From an uncultured Candidatus Marinamargulisbacteria bacterium (GTDB lineage: Bacteria > Margulisbacteria > Riflemargulisbacteria > GWF2-35-9 > DYQY01): a stretch of 64,000 bases of DNA. The translations under genes and the position numbers were made by a program. The stretch lies in NCBI GenBank assembly GCA_964643725.1, contig CAZXTL010000001.1, positions 41,935 to 105,934 of the forward strand, given 5' to 3'. Below are positions 51,520 to 61,865 of this stretch, piece after piece. Under the pieces are notes generated by a model. That model searched no databases. It worked only from the letters and a program-made list of their open reading frames with translations, and was not told the origin of the DNA. Positions within the stretch are counted from its first letter, which is position 1. Every line of letters starts with the position of its first letter.

Positions 51520-54500
51520 TTATTTAACTACTAGATTCTCTGCTCCGACAAATTCTTCAATTTGTGGGATGCCTTGGATATTTACCCAATATTCTTCAGT
51601 TAGTTTAATTTTATATCCATCAACGACAATAGATACTGGTATTTTCCCTGAGAGTTCTTGTAATAGGCTTTTGAGTTTAGGAATATTTTGAACATCAGGC
51701 GTAATCTCGATTGAGTTTACTTTATTTTTAGCTGAGTCAAAGTCAGTAACTTCTTCAACAATCATTTGTAGTTGATCATTGCGATTGTTGATTTTGCCTT
51801 TAATAAGACAGATAGTATCTTCTTGGATGAGATGACCAATTTTGTCATAGATATAGGGGAAGATAACACAAGGTATTTTACCGCTCATATCTTCTATTTC
51901 TCCTGTAAGCATAGTTTTTTTAGCCTTTGTTAATTTCCTTTTTAAGTTAGAAATCATTGCTAGTATTGAAACTTCTTTTTCTTCTATTTCTTTTGTGTTT
52001 TGGTTTTCAATCTCTAATTCGTCTTCTTGTGGAATATAATCTTTAATTTGCTGAAGTTTCCTTTTTTTTATGTAATCTGCATATTCGCTTAAGGGATGCC
52101 CACTAATATATATTCCAAGAATATCTTTTTCAAGTCTAAGTAGTTCAAGGTGAGAGAATTCTTCGTCTCCAAGAGCTTGGTCTTTTCTTATTACGTGCTC
52201 TTGGTCGCCACCAAATAGATTCAGTTGACCTTTTTCTTTTTCTTTTTGAATTTTGGATGCCTCCGAAATGGTTTGGTCTACTATTTGTAAAAGTGATTTC
52301 CTTTTTCCAATAGCATCAAAACAACCAGCTTGTATTAAACTTTCAACGACTCTTTTATTACAAAGTCGTAGGTCAACTCTGGTGCAAAAATCCGTTAAAG
52401 AATGGAAGATTCCTTCCTTTTCTCTGCAGTCAATAATAGATAAAATAGCATTTTCTCCTACATTTTTTATAGCATTTAATCCAAATAAAATGTTGCTTGA
52501 TTTTATAGAGAAGTCCAGCTGACTTTCATTAATATCAGGTGGCAATATTTCTATGCTCATATTTCTCGTTTCATTAATATATAGTGAAACTTTGTCTGTG
52601 TTGCCCATACTGCTAGAGATAAGAGCCGCCATATATTCAACAGGGTAGTGAGTTTTTAGGTAAGCTGTTTGATAAGTAATAAAGGCATAAGCGGCACTAT
52701 GTGATTTATTGAATCCGTATTCAGCAAATTTGGCCATCATGTCAAAGATCTCAGAGGATTTTTTCTTATCGAAACCTTTTTCAACAGCACCTTGGATGAA
52801 GTCTAACTTTAGTTTATCCATAGCGTCTTGGTCCTTTTTGCCCATAGCTTTTCTGAGGATGTCAGCTTTTCCCATAGAAAATCCTCCTAAAAATGAGGAT
52901 ATTTGCATTACTTGTTCTTGATAGAGAATGGTTCCATAAGTGTCTTTTAGGATAGGTTCTAATTCAGGCAGGGGGTAGCTTATTTTTTGTCTTCCATGTT
53001 TTCTGCTGACAAAATCTTTGTCCATTCCGCTTCCCAATGGTCCAGGCCTATAAAGAGCCAGAAGAGCGATTATATCCTCAAATACGTTAGGCTGAAGCGA
53101 TTTGAGGAGCGCTTGCATTCCGCTACTTTCAAGTTGAAAAATGCCAACAGATTGTCCTTTGATTAAAGTGTTGTAAGTTTCTTGATCAACTAGAGGTAGC
53201 TCGTCAATGTTAATGGTTATGCCTTTTGTTTCTTTTATAAGTTTAATAGTTTTAGCAATCATCGTAAGGTTTCGTAGTCCCAAGAAGTCCATTTTTAACA
53301 GTCCAATTTTTTCAACATCATCTTTTGGGAACATTGTGACTAATTGACCATCTTTTTCTATCAAAGGGACGTCATCCATTAGTGGATTTTTGGAGATTAC
53401 AACTCCAGCAGCGTGTATTCCAGTATGTCTAGCTATGCCTTCTAGTTTTATAGCCATATCAATTACTTCTTTGATATCTTCTCTGCTCTCATATATTTGT
53501 CTAAGTTCTTTGTTTTCTTTTAATGCACCACTGATGGTAGCCCCTATGCTTGGGATTAGTTTAGCTACTTTATCAATGTCAGATAGGGGTACACTTAGAA
53601 CTCTTCCAACATCTCTTATTGCTAATCGAGCTGCCATTCTTCCAAAGGTTGTGATTTGTGCTACATGGTCATTGCCGTATTTTTGTTTAGTGTAATCAAT
53701 TACTTTTTGTCTATTATCTATACAAAAATCTATATCGATATCTGGCATACTTATTCTTTCAGGATTAAGAAATCTTTCGAAAAGCAAATCAAACTGAAGC
53801 GGGTTTATGTTGGTTATTCCTAGTGAATAGGCAATAATACTTCCGGCAGCACTGCCTCTACCAGGCCCAACAGAAATCCCAGTGTTTTTTGCGTATGAGA
53901 TCAAATCGCTAACAATTAGGAAATAAGAATCAAACCCCATTTTACTAATCATTTCCAGTTCATAATCAAATCTTTTCTGGATAATTTCATCTATGGTTTT
54001 ATATCTTTTATTAAGTCCTTCCCATGCAAGTTCTTTAAGATAAGAGGCTTCAGTATGTCCTTTTGGCACAGTAAATTCAGGTAGGATATGTTGATCAAGC
54101 GCAATCGTAAGGTCGCACTTTTCAAGTATTTTCAGGGAGTTATTGATTGCTTCAGGTGCGTAAGAGAAAAGTTGAGACATTTCATCAGCTGATTTTAGGT
54201 AGAATTCTTGGGTAGAGAATTGCATTCTATCTTTATCGTCTAAGGTTTTACCTGTTTGAATAGCTAGTAAAGCGTCTTGGGTACGTGCGTCTTCTTTATT
54301 TATATAATGGGAATCATTAGTTGCAATTAATGGAATATTTAAGGTAGCTGCAATTTTTAGTAGTTGGGCATTAATTATTTGTTGTTCTGGAATGTTGTGA
54401 TCTTGGATTTCAATATAGAAGTCTTCACCAAAAAGTTTGTGAAGTTTTTTTGCTGAAGATTCTGCTTCTTTTAGATTATTTTGTAAAATATTTTCGCAAA

Positions 54501-54924
54501 TTATTCCTTTCATGCATCCGCTTAAGCAAATGATGCCTTCGCTATATTTTTCAAGTAGTTCCCAGTCAATCCTAGGTTTATAATATAGTCCTTCAATATA
54601 AGCTAGAGAAACTAATTTAAGTAGATTTTTATATCCTTTAATATTTTTTGCAAGTAGTGTTAAGTGATGAGAACTTTTATCAGCGATAGGGTCTTTGTCA
54701 TGTCTGGTTCTTTTTGCTAAATATAGTTCGCACCCTATAATAGGTTTTATTCCTTCTTTAATAGCTGTTTTATAAAACTCAATAGTTCCGTGCATATTTC
54801 CATGATCAGTTAGAGCTATCCCCGGCATCCCAAGCTCTTTTACTTTTTTGACCATATCTTTTATCTTGATAGCACCATCAAGTAGACTATATTCACTGTG
54901 AACATGTAGGTGTACGAAATTCAT
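51520..54924 (-). CDS. dnaE: DNA polymerase III alpha subunit
   Basis: PHP HLHVHSEYSLLDG, GPGRGSAAGS, SMPDIDID, GLLKMDFLGL, FNKSHSAAY, OB-fold tail; no intein. Confidence 0.98.
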   Translation of the reverse strand: MNFVHLHVHSEYSLLDGAIKIKDMVKKVKELGMPGIALTDHGNMHGTIEFYKTAIKEGIKPIIGCELYLAKRTRHDKDPIADKSSHHLTLLAKNIKGYKNLLKLVSLAYIEGLYYKPRIDWELLEKYSEGIICLSGCMKGIICENILQNNLKEAESSAKKLHKLFGEDFYIEIQDHNIPEQQIINAQLLKIAATLNIPLIATNDSHYINKEDARTQDALLAIQTGKTLDDKDRMQFSTQEFYLKSADEMSQLFSYAPEAINNSLKILEKCDLTIALDQHILPEFTVPKGHTEASYLKELAWEGLNKRYKTIDEIIQKRFDYELEMISKMGFDSYFLIVSDLISYAKNTGISVGPGRGSAAGSIIAYSLGITNINPLQFDLLFERFLNPERISMPDIDIDFCIDNRQKVIDYTKQKYGNDHVAQITTFGRMAARLAIRDVGRVLSVPLSDIDKVAKLIPSIGATISGALKENKELRQIYESREDIKEVIDMAIKLEGIARHTGIHAAGVVISKNPLMDDVPLIEKDGQLVTMFPKDDVEKIGLLKMDFLGLRNLTMIAKTIKLIKETKGITINIDELPLVDQETYNTLIKGQSVGIFQLESSGMQALLKSLQPNVFEDIIALLALYRPGPLGSGMDKDFVSRKHGRQKISYPLPELEPILKDTYGTILYQEQVMQISSFLGGFSMGKADILRKAMGKKDQDAMDKLKLDFIQGAVEKGFDKKKSSEIFDMMAKFAEYGFNKSHSAAYAFITYQTAYLKTHYPVEYMAALISSSMGNTDKVSLYINETRNMSIEILPPDINESQLDFSIKSSNILFGLNAIKNVGENAILSIIDCREKEGIFHSLTDFCTRVDLRLCNKRVVESLIQAGCFDAIGKRKSLLQIVDQTISEASKIQKEKEKGQLNLFGGDQEHVIRKDQALGDEEFSHLELLRLEKDILGIYISGHPLSEYADYIKKRKLQQIKDYIPQEDELEIENQNTKEIEEKEVSILAMISNLKRKLTKAKKTMLTGEIEDMSGKIPCVIFPYIYDKIGHLIQEDTICLIKGKINNRNDQLQMIVEEVTDFDSAKNKVNSIEITPDVQNIPKLKSLLQELSGKIPVSIVVDGYKIKLTEEYWVNIQGIPQIEEFVGAENLVVK

Positions 54925-54949
54925 GTAAGTTATTATAACGTATCTTCAG

Positions 54950-55312
54950 TTATTTCGATAAATATTTGGAGATAACTTCTTCCCATTCATCAAGGTCTAC
55001 TGGTTTGTTTAGAATTTCAGTACATCCAGACTCAAATCCTTGCTTCTTATTATCAGCATTGGCATATCCTGTGTGCCCTACTATTATTGTATTGGGAAGA
55101 TTTTTTTTGATGGTTTTTGTAGCTTCCCATCCGTTAATCCCAGGCAGTTTGTAGTCCATTATAATAAGGTCAGGAGAAATTTGAAGAGCTGTAGCAATAC
55201 CTTCTTCTCCACTAGAGGCTTCAATTATGTGGATATCTTCTTGTTCAAAGGCAACCTTGATTATCCACCTGATAGAAGATTCATCATCTATGATTAGTAG
55301 TGTTTTGGTCAT
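54950..55312 (-). CDS. Single-domain response regulator (receiver)
   Basis: IIDDE, IIMDYKLPG, TG, KPV. Confidence 0.92.
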   Translation of the reverse strand: MTKTLLIIDDESSIRWIIKVAFEQEDIHIIEASSGEEGIATALQISPDLIIMDYKLPGINGWEATKTIKKNLPNTIIVGHTGYANADNKKQGFESGCTEILNKPVDLDEWEEVISKYLSK

Positions 55313-57345
55313 TAGTCAAATTTTACCTTTACCATTTTGGTGCCGTCAACATAGTCCTCAATAATAGGGTTGGTTATTTCTTGAATATCTTTTAGTATTT
55401 TAGATATTCTTTTTGATTCATTTATTATTTGTTCATTTGTTTTTTTGAGAGTATCTATTTGATTTTTCATTTTAGCAGTACAATCTTTTTCAAGGGCTTG
55501 TAACATTTTATTAGATAGCTGTGCTCCCATCGTTATAGTTGCTACAGGGTTATTTATTTCATGATTAAGAGCTACGCCCATTCTGCTAACAGAAAGGATT
55601 TGTTCTTGTTTTAATTGTTCTTGTTGCATTCTTTTTAAATCTGAAACCATTTTATTAAAAGCTGTTGCTAGTTCGTAGAACTCGTTTTTCTCTTTAATAA
55701 TAATCTCATAGCTTAAGTCTCCGTCACCAACTGTTTTAGCACCTTTTTGTAGTTTTTTTATAGGAGCATCAATAGTTTTCATATAGGCAAAAGCAATTAT
55801 TAGGAAGACGATAATTGCAATTATTGTAAAGAAAAACGAGTTGTATTGTGCTTTTTGAATGCCCGAAAAAGCAAATTTTTCAGGTTGTCTCACTTGAAGA
55901 TTGAGTCCAGTAAGCTCATTTTTGCCGAATACTTCAAAGAAGTTTCCTTTATTTAGTTCGCTTTTTAGACTTTCTGAGGTTTCAGTTGAATATAGTTTCT
56001 CGTAATTACTATTCAGAACGAGAATCTCTCCGTCTGGGTTGAAAGTGTGGCGGTTTATTTTATTGAAAAGACCAATAGGCTTGAAGAACCCAATTACGTA
56101 ATAGATTACCTCATTATTGTTATCTTTAAGGACTTTAGTTATTTCAATTAAATTATTTGGTTGATTGAATGAAAACCTAAATCCTTCTTTTGCGGCAATG
56201 TCGGTATATGGTCTATAAATAGCGATATTTTCTGGGGTACTGTAATTAAAGTTTACATGTTCCCTTGTAACCTCTAATAAAGGAATGCTTTCTTTGCTTA
56301 GAAGTAAGACTTTTTCTAAATCTTTTATCTGTGGCATATCATTAAAAAGAGTAATTCCAATATAATATAGTTGATTCGAGGCATCATATTTTTTAAAGTA
56401 GTTGGAGAAAGAAGCATAAAATTCATCGTATGTTTGGTCGAATTCTTTGTTAACTTCATGTATTATTGATACAAAGAAAAGACTTTTTGTGTTTTTTAAT
56501 TCCGAATGAATAATATATATCGTAGCATAGTTTACTAACTCTAATGAAACTACTATCAGGATTGTGATAGAAATCATCATTCTGGTAACAATTTTTTGTT
56601 TAATAATCTTGTATGGTTTTTCGTAATATTCTAGAGTGTTAATGTCTGCAGCCAGCATAATTAAAACAAGGAAAAGACAACTAAATGAAATGCCTGAAGA
56701 AAAGACAAAATAGTAGTCCATAAGCATTGTGGTAGTTCCTAGCGAGATTATGTTTCCAAGAAAAAAGAATAGTAAGTATTTCGAAGAAGAAAAAAAGTAA
56801 GCATCAATAACTTCATGATCTATAAGTTTTTTTCTTTTCCTTAAGATAATAATAAGTGTTATAAATCCAAAAGCAATCCAAATTGCTTTTATGGCAAACA
56901 CCAGAGAATAGTTAGATATAACAGGGAAAAACCCGTCTAAAATATTAGTTTTTAACCAAAAATAACTTAGAGGTGTAACAGTGATGATGAAAGTGATAAG
57001 TGTTCTTTTGACCACTGGTCGGTCAAAAAGAGCAAAAATGATTAAAGAAAATATTGAGAAGAGGTAGGCTAGAGAGAGCGCTCCTTGAAAAGGGAAAATA
57101 TTCCAAGGAAAGATGCTTGTAGAGGAAATTAATCTAATAATGACATCAAAAATAAAGATGGGAAGTAGTGATAATATGAAAACTGATAATCTTTGTTTGA
57201 ATGCAAGTGTGGGATTTTCGTCGATTGTTTCATCAAAAATAGTGAAGCTATTAAAGTTTTTGAGTAGTATTAATCCATAATTACAAAGTAAAAACAGGAT
57301 AAACCCGCTAAAAACCATTGCTAAGTTAAAAGAAAATGAAATCAT
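55312..57345 (-). CDS. Multi-TM sensor with HAMP and HisKA but no HATPase domain
   Basis: About 8 N-terminal TM helices, an extracytoplasmic region, TM, HAMP (PIKKL...EFYELATAFNKM), H-box NHEINNPVA; ends about 80 aa later at YVDGTKMVKVKFD. Confidence 0.75.
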   Translation of the reverse strand: MISFSFNLAMVFSGFILFLLCNYGLILLKNFNSFTIFDETIDENPTLAFKQRLSVFILSLLPIFIFDVIIRLISSTSIFPWNIFPFQGALSLAYLFSIFSLIIFALFDRPVVKRTLITFIITVTPLSYFWLKTNILDGFFPVISNYSLVFAIKAIWIAFGFITLIIILRKRKKLIDHEVIDAYFFSSSKYLLFFFLGNIISLGTTTMLMDYYFVFSSGISFSCLFLVLIMLAADINTLEYYEKPYKIIKQKIVTRMMISITILIVVSLELVNYATIYIIHSELKNTKSLFFVSIIHEVNKEFDQTYDEFYASFSNYFKKYDASNQLYYIGITLFNDMPQIKDLEKVLLLSKESIPLLEVTREHVNFNYSTPENIAIYRPYTDIAAKEGFRFSFNQPNNLIEITKVLKDNNNEVIYYVIGFFKPIGLFNKINRHTFNPDGEILVLNSNYEKLYSTETSESLKSELNKGNFFEVFGKNELTGLNLQVRQPEKFAFSGIQKAQYNSFFFTIIAIIVFLIIAFAYMKTIDAPIKKLQKGAKTVGDGDLSYEIIIKEKNEFYELATAFNKMVSDLKRMQQEQLKQEQILSVSRMGVALNHEINNPVATITMGAQLSNKMLQALEKDCTAKMKNQIDTLKKTNEQIINESKRISKILKDIQEITNPIIEDYVDGTKMVKVKFD

Positions 57346-57383
57346 ATTTTTATTTTATATGAAAATGGCACGTATATAAATAG

Positions 57384-58949
57384 CTATTCTAATAATCCTA
57401 ATTTAAGTGAATTAAAAAATACTGTATAGTCATTTCCAGCATTCCAAGCAAAAACACCGTCCATTTTATTGTCAAGACAGGCTCTAATCTGGTCTTGAAT
57501 ATACTTTTCGTTGTAGTTAGGAGACATATAGTTAAAGGCTTGTATCCACGGAACTACTTTTACATAGTATTGGTCTTTCCCGTTGAAATTTACAAATTTC
57601 TTACATCCTTTGTCCATAAATAGATAAGGATTTTCTCCAGGTTTAGCTATGCCATCAAATCCAGGATTAAAATGAGATGGATATAGCATAGGGCAAATTA
57701 CGTCTGCGTATCTCATAAAGGTGAGGGTGTATTGTCCTATGAGATTATTTGTTTGAGGGTTATCCCAAAGCACTATCCCAAAAATATCTGCAGTAAATGA
57801 AATATTCTTCTTATCAGTAATTTTTACGATTTCTTTAAGGTAATTATCTACCGCTTTGTATCTTTTTTGTCCTAGTTTGTTGTGTTTAGAAACTATGTTG
57901 TTAACATCCCCATCGCTTGGGAATCTTATATAGTCTAGCTGAATATCATCAGCCCCTGCAGCAATTGCTAATTCTACTATTTTTTTGTAATAATTTAGAG
58001 CATCTTGAGAGAATAGATCAACCCATTGTTGACCATAATAATCAGTCCATGGCTGAAGTTTCTTTTTATCCCAAAGCATTAATCTTTGGTTTGTTTTTTG
58101 GATAAAGTAATCAGTTGCAACGACTATTCTTAGAGATACTTTGGTGTTTGATAATTTCAGGATTTCAATAGTTTTTACTAGACCGCCAAGTTGTGAGAGC
58201 AAATAATCATTGGATTCATTCATAAATACATCAAAGTCTTTGTAGTTAAATTGAAGGGGAGTAAGATAGGTTTTAAAATCAAGAACTATACTATCTAAAC
58301 CGTTTCTTACAGCAAAATTCTTGTGAACGTGGGCTTCTTTTCTTGAAGGTATGCCTCCAGAGGTAAGATGATAACCTTTAAGCGGTATTCGTTTAGATTT
58401 TTGTCTTTCTTGTTTGGTTGGAAATATATTTCCTTTATTTATAAATGGAATGCTTGAGTATATTTCTATTTTCATGTTTTCAGTCGGAGCATAGAGGAAA
58501 ATTTTGTGTTTATCTTCTTCTGTGCACATTATGGTGTAAAGATCGCCATCGCTTATGTATAAGTCTGTTTTTATATATTTTCTTTGCCATTCTTCTAAGT
58601 CTAAGTCTGAAATTCTTATAGCTTTTATTTTTTCTAGAGGGTCGTAATCCCATAAATAAGATGGGATATTGAGATTGTTTTGATTTATACTAACTAGTTG
58701 AATGTTGTTTAATCCGTCTTTTTCTTCAATTAAAACATAAGGCATCATGTTCTTTGGTGCATCTATTTCGCCTTTAGCGTATGCTTTCATAGTAATAGGG
58801 TAAAAGCCTTTTGCCACATTGTTTTTTATAAATAAAGGTAGGCTTATTTCTTTATCAAGATAAAATGCGGGAATAGGTTTTGTTTCATTAAATCTTGTGA
58901 AAGAAAATGCTAAAAGAGAGATAATAAGTGTTAGTTTAATTATTTTCAT
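57384..58949 (-). CDS. Putative glycoside hydrolase (DUF4015-like)
   Basis: IVLDFK, QQWVDLFS, DIQLDYIRFPSDG, TADIFG, CPMLYPSHF, PWIQAF, AWNAGNDY. Confidence 0.8.
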   Translation of the reverse strand: MKIIKLTLIISLLAFSFTRFNETKPIPAFYLDKEISLPLFIKNNVAKGFYPITMKAYAKGEIDAPKNMMPYVLIEEKDGLNNIQLVSINQNNLNIPSYLWDYDPLEKIKAIRISDLDLEEWQRKYIKTDLYISDGDLYTIMCTEEDKHKIFLYAPTENMKIEIYSSIPFINKGNIFPTKQERQKSKRIPLKGYHLTSGGIPSRKEAHVHKNFAVRNGLDSIVLDFKTYLTPLQFNYKDFDVFMNESNDYLLSQLGGLVKTIEILKLSNTKVSLRIVVATDYFIQKTNQRLMLWDKKKLQPWTDYYGQQWVDLFSQDALNYYKKIVELAIAAGADDIQLDYIRFPSDGDVNNIVSKHNKLGQKRYKAVDNYLKEIVKITDKKNISFTADIFGIVLWDNPQTNNLIGQYTLTFMRYADVICPMLYPSHFNPGFDGIAKPGENPYLFMDKGCKKFVNFNGKDQYYVKVVPWIQAFNYMSPNYNEKYIQDQIRACLDNKMDGVFAWNAGNDYTVFFNSLKLGLLE

Positions 58950-59772
58950 AGTTCTTCAAATATATTGGTATAAGAATTATCCCAATTATTATCATTATAA
59001 TAGATAGTATTTGTCCATAGGTAAATACATTTATGAAAAGAGTTTGAAAATTATCAGGTTCACGAATAAATTCGGTTAGAAATCTTGCTGTTCCATAAAG
59101 CAAACAATAGAGCGGTGTTATGATTTTTTTTGATGTTGGTTTTAATTTAGTAATCATTAAAAGAAACAAAAAAACAAAGATGCCTTCCATAAAAGCTTCA
59201 GCTAATTGAGAGGGATATCGTAATAATTTCAGATCATCACCAGGGAAATACATGCCAATGAAGCTTGTAGTCGCTCTTCCGTATAGTTCTTGGTTAAGAA
59301 AATTACCTATTCTGCCGAAGGTATAACCAAGTGGAACATATAAAGATAATATATTTGTTATTTTAAAAAAATTTAGTTTATACTTTTTGCAATATAGAAG
59401 CATTGCTAGTAAAAACCCGATGGCTCCACCATGGTAGGAAAGTCCGCTAATTCCAACTAATTCGCCATTATGGAAAGGGTTGATGAGTAGAAGTGGTGAA
59501 GCAATAAAACTAGATAATTCATAAAATAGTGCGTAGCCTAATCTGGCGCCAACGATTATTCCTATAAAACTATAAATAAAAAGTTCATAGGATTTCTCTA
59601 AATTATAATTAAGGTTATTTTTTTTACAGTGTCTCATGTATAGGAAAAATACAGTTAGAATAGAAAGTAGATACATAATGCTATACCATCTCAACTGTAA
59701 TGGACCTATGTTTAAAGCAATAGGATTAATGTGAAAAGGTAAGTATTGCCAAAGTTCGATTATAAAATTCAT
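58936..59772 (-). CDS. lgt: Prolipoprotein diacylglyceryl transferase
   Basis: LRWYSIMY, GARLGY, GLSYHGG, GRIGNFLNQELYGR, RYPSQL, RFLTEFIREPD. Confidence 0.97.
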   Translation of the reverse strand: MNFIIELWQYLPFHINPIALNIGPLQLRWYSIMYLLSILTVFFLYMRHCKKNNLNYNLEKSYELFIYSFIGIIVGARLGYALFYELSSFIASPLLLINPFHNGELVGISGLSYHGGAIGFLLAMLLYCKKYKLNFFKITNILSLYVPLGYTFGRIGNFLNQELYGRATTSFIGMYFPGDDLKLLRYPSQLAEAFMEGIFVFLFLLMITKLKPTSKKIITPLYCLLYGTARFLTEFIREPDNFQTLFINVFTYGQILSIIMIIIGIILIPIYLKNYENN

Positions 59773-59828
59773 AGCGCAATTATAACATTTCTAAGCTTAT
59801 TGGTGGAAAATGTTATAAAATATATTTT

Positions 59829-60596
59829 ATGTACGATATCCACTGTCATTTAGATCATCCAAGCATGATGTCTGCCTTGGGAAATATATCCAAAGATAAA
59901 ATTAGGGGATTAATAACTTCGGGGATAGAGTATTCGTCATGGACAGATAATTTAAAACTGGCTCAGAAGTATCCTTTTAACGTTTCGTTAGGCCTACATC
60001 CTTTTTTTGTTAAAGATAAACATTCTGAGCTCATTTTTTTGAAGGAGCTGCTTAAAGAAAAAAATGTTATAGCAGTTGGAGAGATTGGGCTTGATTATTA
60101 TAACGACTACGTAGGCTCGAAGGAGCTTCAGCTAGAGGCCTTTTATCAACAAATGATTTATGCAAGAGAGTTTAATCTGCCGGTTATACTGCACTGCAGG
60201 AAGGCCTATGATGATTTATATGCTATCTTGAAACAAATCGAGGTTCCTGCCTTAATTTTTCATTCTTTTAGTGGAACAGAGCAAGACGTGAGTAGAATGC
60301 AAGAATTTAATTCATATTTTAGTTTTGGATTTCCTATAGTTAATATAAATAATAAGAAACATAAACGTCTCGTTAAGTTAATCCCAAAAGATAAGTTGTT
60401 GTTAGAGACTGATTCTCCTTATATGATACCTAGAGATGAGATGGATAAAGAAGAAGGTTTCAGTAGTCCATCTGATATAGGGTTAGTTTATAAAGCAGTT
60501 TCAGCTGTTTTAGATGTTTCGATTGACAGTTTAGTATTGCAAACACAGAGGAATGTAAAAAGAATATGGAAAGATTTCAGAGAACTATCAAATTAA
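59829..60596 (+). CDS. TatD-family hydrolase
   Basis: DIHCHL, GLHP, VGEIGLDY, PVILHCR, FHSFSG, LLETDSPY. Confidence 0.95.
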   Translation: MYDIHCHLDHPSMMSALGNISKDKIRGLITSGIEYSSWTDNLKLAQKYPFNVSLGLHPFFVKDKHSELIFLKELLKEKNVIAVGEIGLDYYNDYVGSKELQLEAFYQQMIYAREFNLPVILHCRKAYDDLYAILKQIEVPALIFHSFSGTEQDVSRMQEFNSYFSFGFPIVNINNKKHKRLVKLIPKDKLLLETDSPYMIPRDEMDKEEGFSSPSDIGLVYKAVSAVLDVSIDSLVLQTQRNVKRIWKDFRELSN

Positions 60597-61252
60597 TTGG
60601 TAAAGATGCCTTTCAGAAACTTCAAGAGAAAACAGTAATCGTTTTAGGAATAGGAGGCGTCGGATCCTTTGCCGTTGAGGCTCTTGTGCGTTCAGGTATT
60701 GGGAATATTGTTTTAATTGATAAAGATGTATATGAAGAATCCAATATAAACAGACAGTGGCCAGCAAATGTTGAAACTATCGGTAAAAATAAAGTAGATA
60801 TTGTTTCTCAGGAGTGTTTGAAAATATCTCCTACAATTAATATATCATTTGAAAAAATATGTTTAACCGCTAGTAATCTTGAGGATGTTATAACTAAATA
60901 TTTAGTCGAAAATGTCTTAGTTGTTGATGCTATTGATGATATTAAAACTAAAGTAATTTTAATACATTATCTTAAAAAGCATAATGTATCATTTATTAGC
61001 AGTATGGGCGCGGCAAACGTTAACAGTATAGATTCAATTAGATATGGCAATTTAGATAAGACAACTCATTGTCCTATCGCTAAGATACTTAGAAAAGAGT
61101 TAGGGTTATTAGGAGTTAAAAATGAAGTTCCTGTAGTTTATTCAAATCAAGAAAGATTGCCGAGGTTGGCAGACAAAGGATCCGTGATGTCAATAACTGC
61201 TAGTTTTGGATTAAGGCTTGCGCAGTGGGTTATTGATAGTTGCTCTGAGTAA
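60566..61252 (+). CDS. tcdA: tRNA threonylcarbamoyladenosine dehydratase (ThiF-like)
   Basis: LGIGGVGSFAVEALVRSG, SNINRQ, VVDAID, SSMGAA, CPIAKILRKEL, VVYS.E, GSV..ITASFG. Confidence 0.88.
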   Translation: MERFQRTIKLIGKDAFQKLQEKTVIVLGIGGVGSFAVEALVRSGIGNIVLIDKDVYEESNINRQWPANVETIGKNKVDIVSQECLKISPTINISFEKICLTASNLEDVITKYLVENVLVVDAIDDIKTKVILIHYLKKHNVSFISSMGAANVNSIDSIRYGNLDKTTHCPIAKILRKELGLLGVKNEVPVVYSNQERLPRLADKGSVMSITASFGLRLAQWVIDSCSE

Positions 61253-61256
61253 ACAA

Positions 61257-61865
61257 CTAGTAAAAGATATTGTTTATTTTTATTACATAGTCTCCAAGAT
61301 CAGCCAAAGCGTTTATTAGATGAAGTTCTTTGAATTTATAAAGTTCATTTTCCTTTATAGGAGCAGGCTTTATAATCCTTTTTTCAATCAATTGAGCTCT
61401 TTTTGTTCCATATAATAGTGGAGGATCTGGAGTGTAGTAGTTGTCTCCATCTGATAAGACAATATTTGCAAATGAGCTGTCTTTTAAGTAGCCGTTAATA
61501 GAAATAATAATGTCATCGCAATCTTCACGTTTTTCTCGGAGTGACTCAAGTCTTGTTCTGTCTGCATATTTGAAGGAATAATCAAATTCCTCACTTTTGA
61601 TTATTTTTAAAGAATTAATTATTCTTGGAGCTAGTGGTTCATATTCAATTTTTTGTATGTCAGAAGAATATGTTATTCGACATTTTTGTAGTTTATCCAG
61701 AAGGAAGTCCTTTTGATTGATGGTTTCTGATATGTTTATAGGAGTAACGGTAGGAAAGAATTTAGTAAAAGTATTAATTACTCTTTTTTGGTGCCAACCT
61801 AAGTTTAAGGGTACACCGTTTTTTATAAAGATACTTTCAATAAATAGGTAGGTAGATTTTGTCAT
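61257..61865 (-). CDS. pabC: Class IV aminotransferase / 4-amino-4-deoxychorismate lyase-like
   Basis: YSFKYADR, DDIII, DSSFANIV, LLYGTKRAQL, INAL; coupled to pabB. Confidence 0.8.
   Translation of the reverse strand: MTKSTYLFIESIFIKNGVPLNLGWHQKRVINTFTKFFPTVTPINISETINQKDFLLDKLQKCRITYSSDIQKIEYEPLAPRIINSLKIIKSEEFDYSFKYADRTRLESLREKREDCDDIIISINGYLKDSSFANIVLSDGDNYYTPDPPLLYGTKRAQLIEKRIIKPAPIKENELYKFKELHLINALADLGDYVIKINNIFY

Noticed and set aside
51520-54924. Split or intein-containing dnaE as in cyanobacteria
   Set aside because: A single continuous 1134-aa ORF of normal length with no intein motifs.
60566-61252. Second ThiF acting in the sulfur relay
   Set aside because: Its motifs (SSMGAA, CPIAK, VVYS.E) and linkage to tatD fit TcdA/CsdL.
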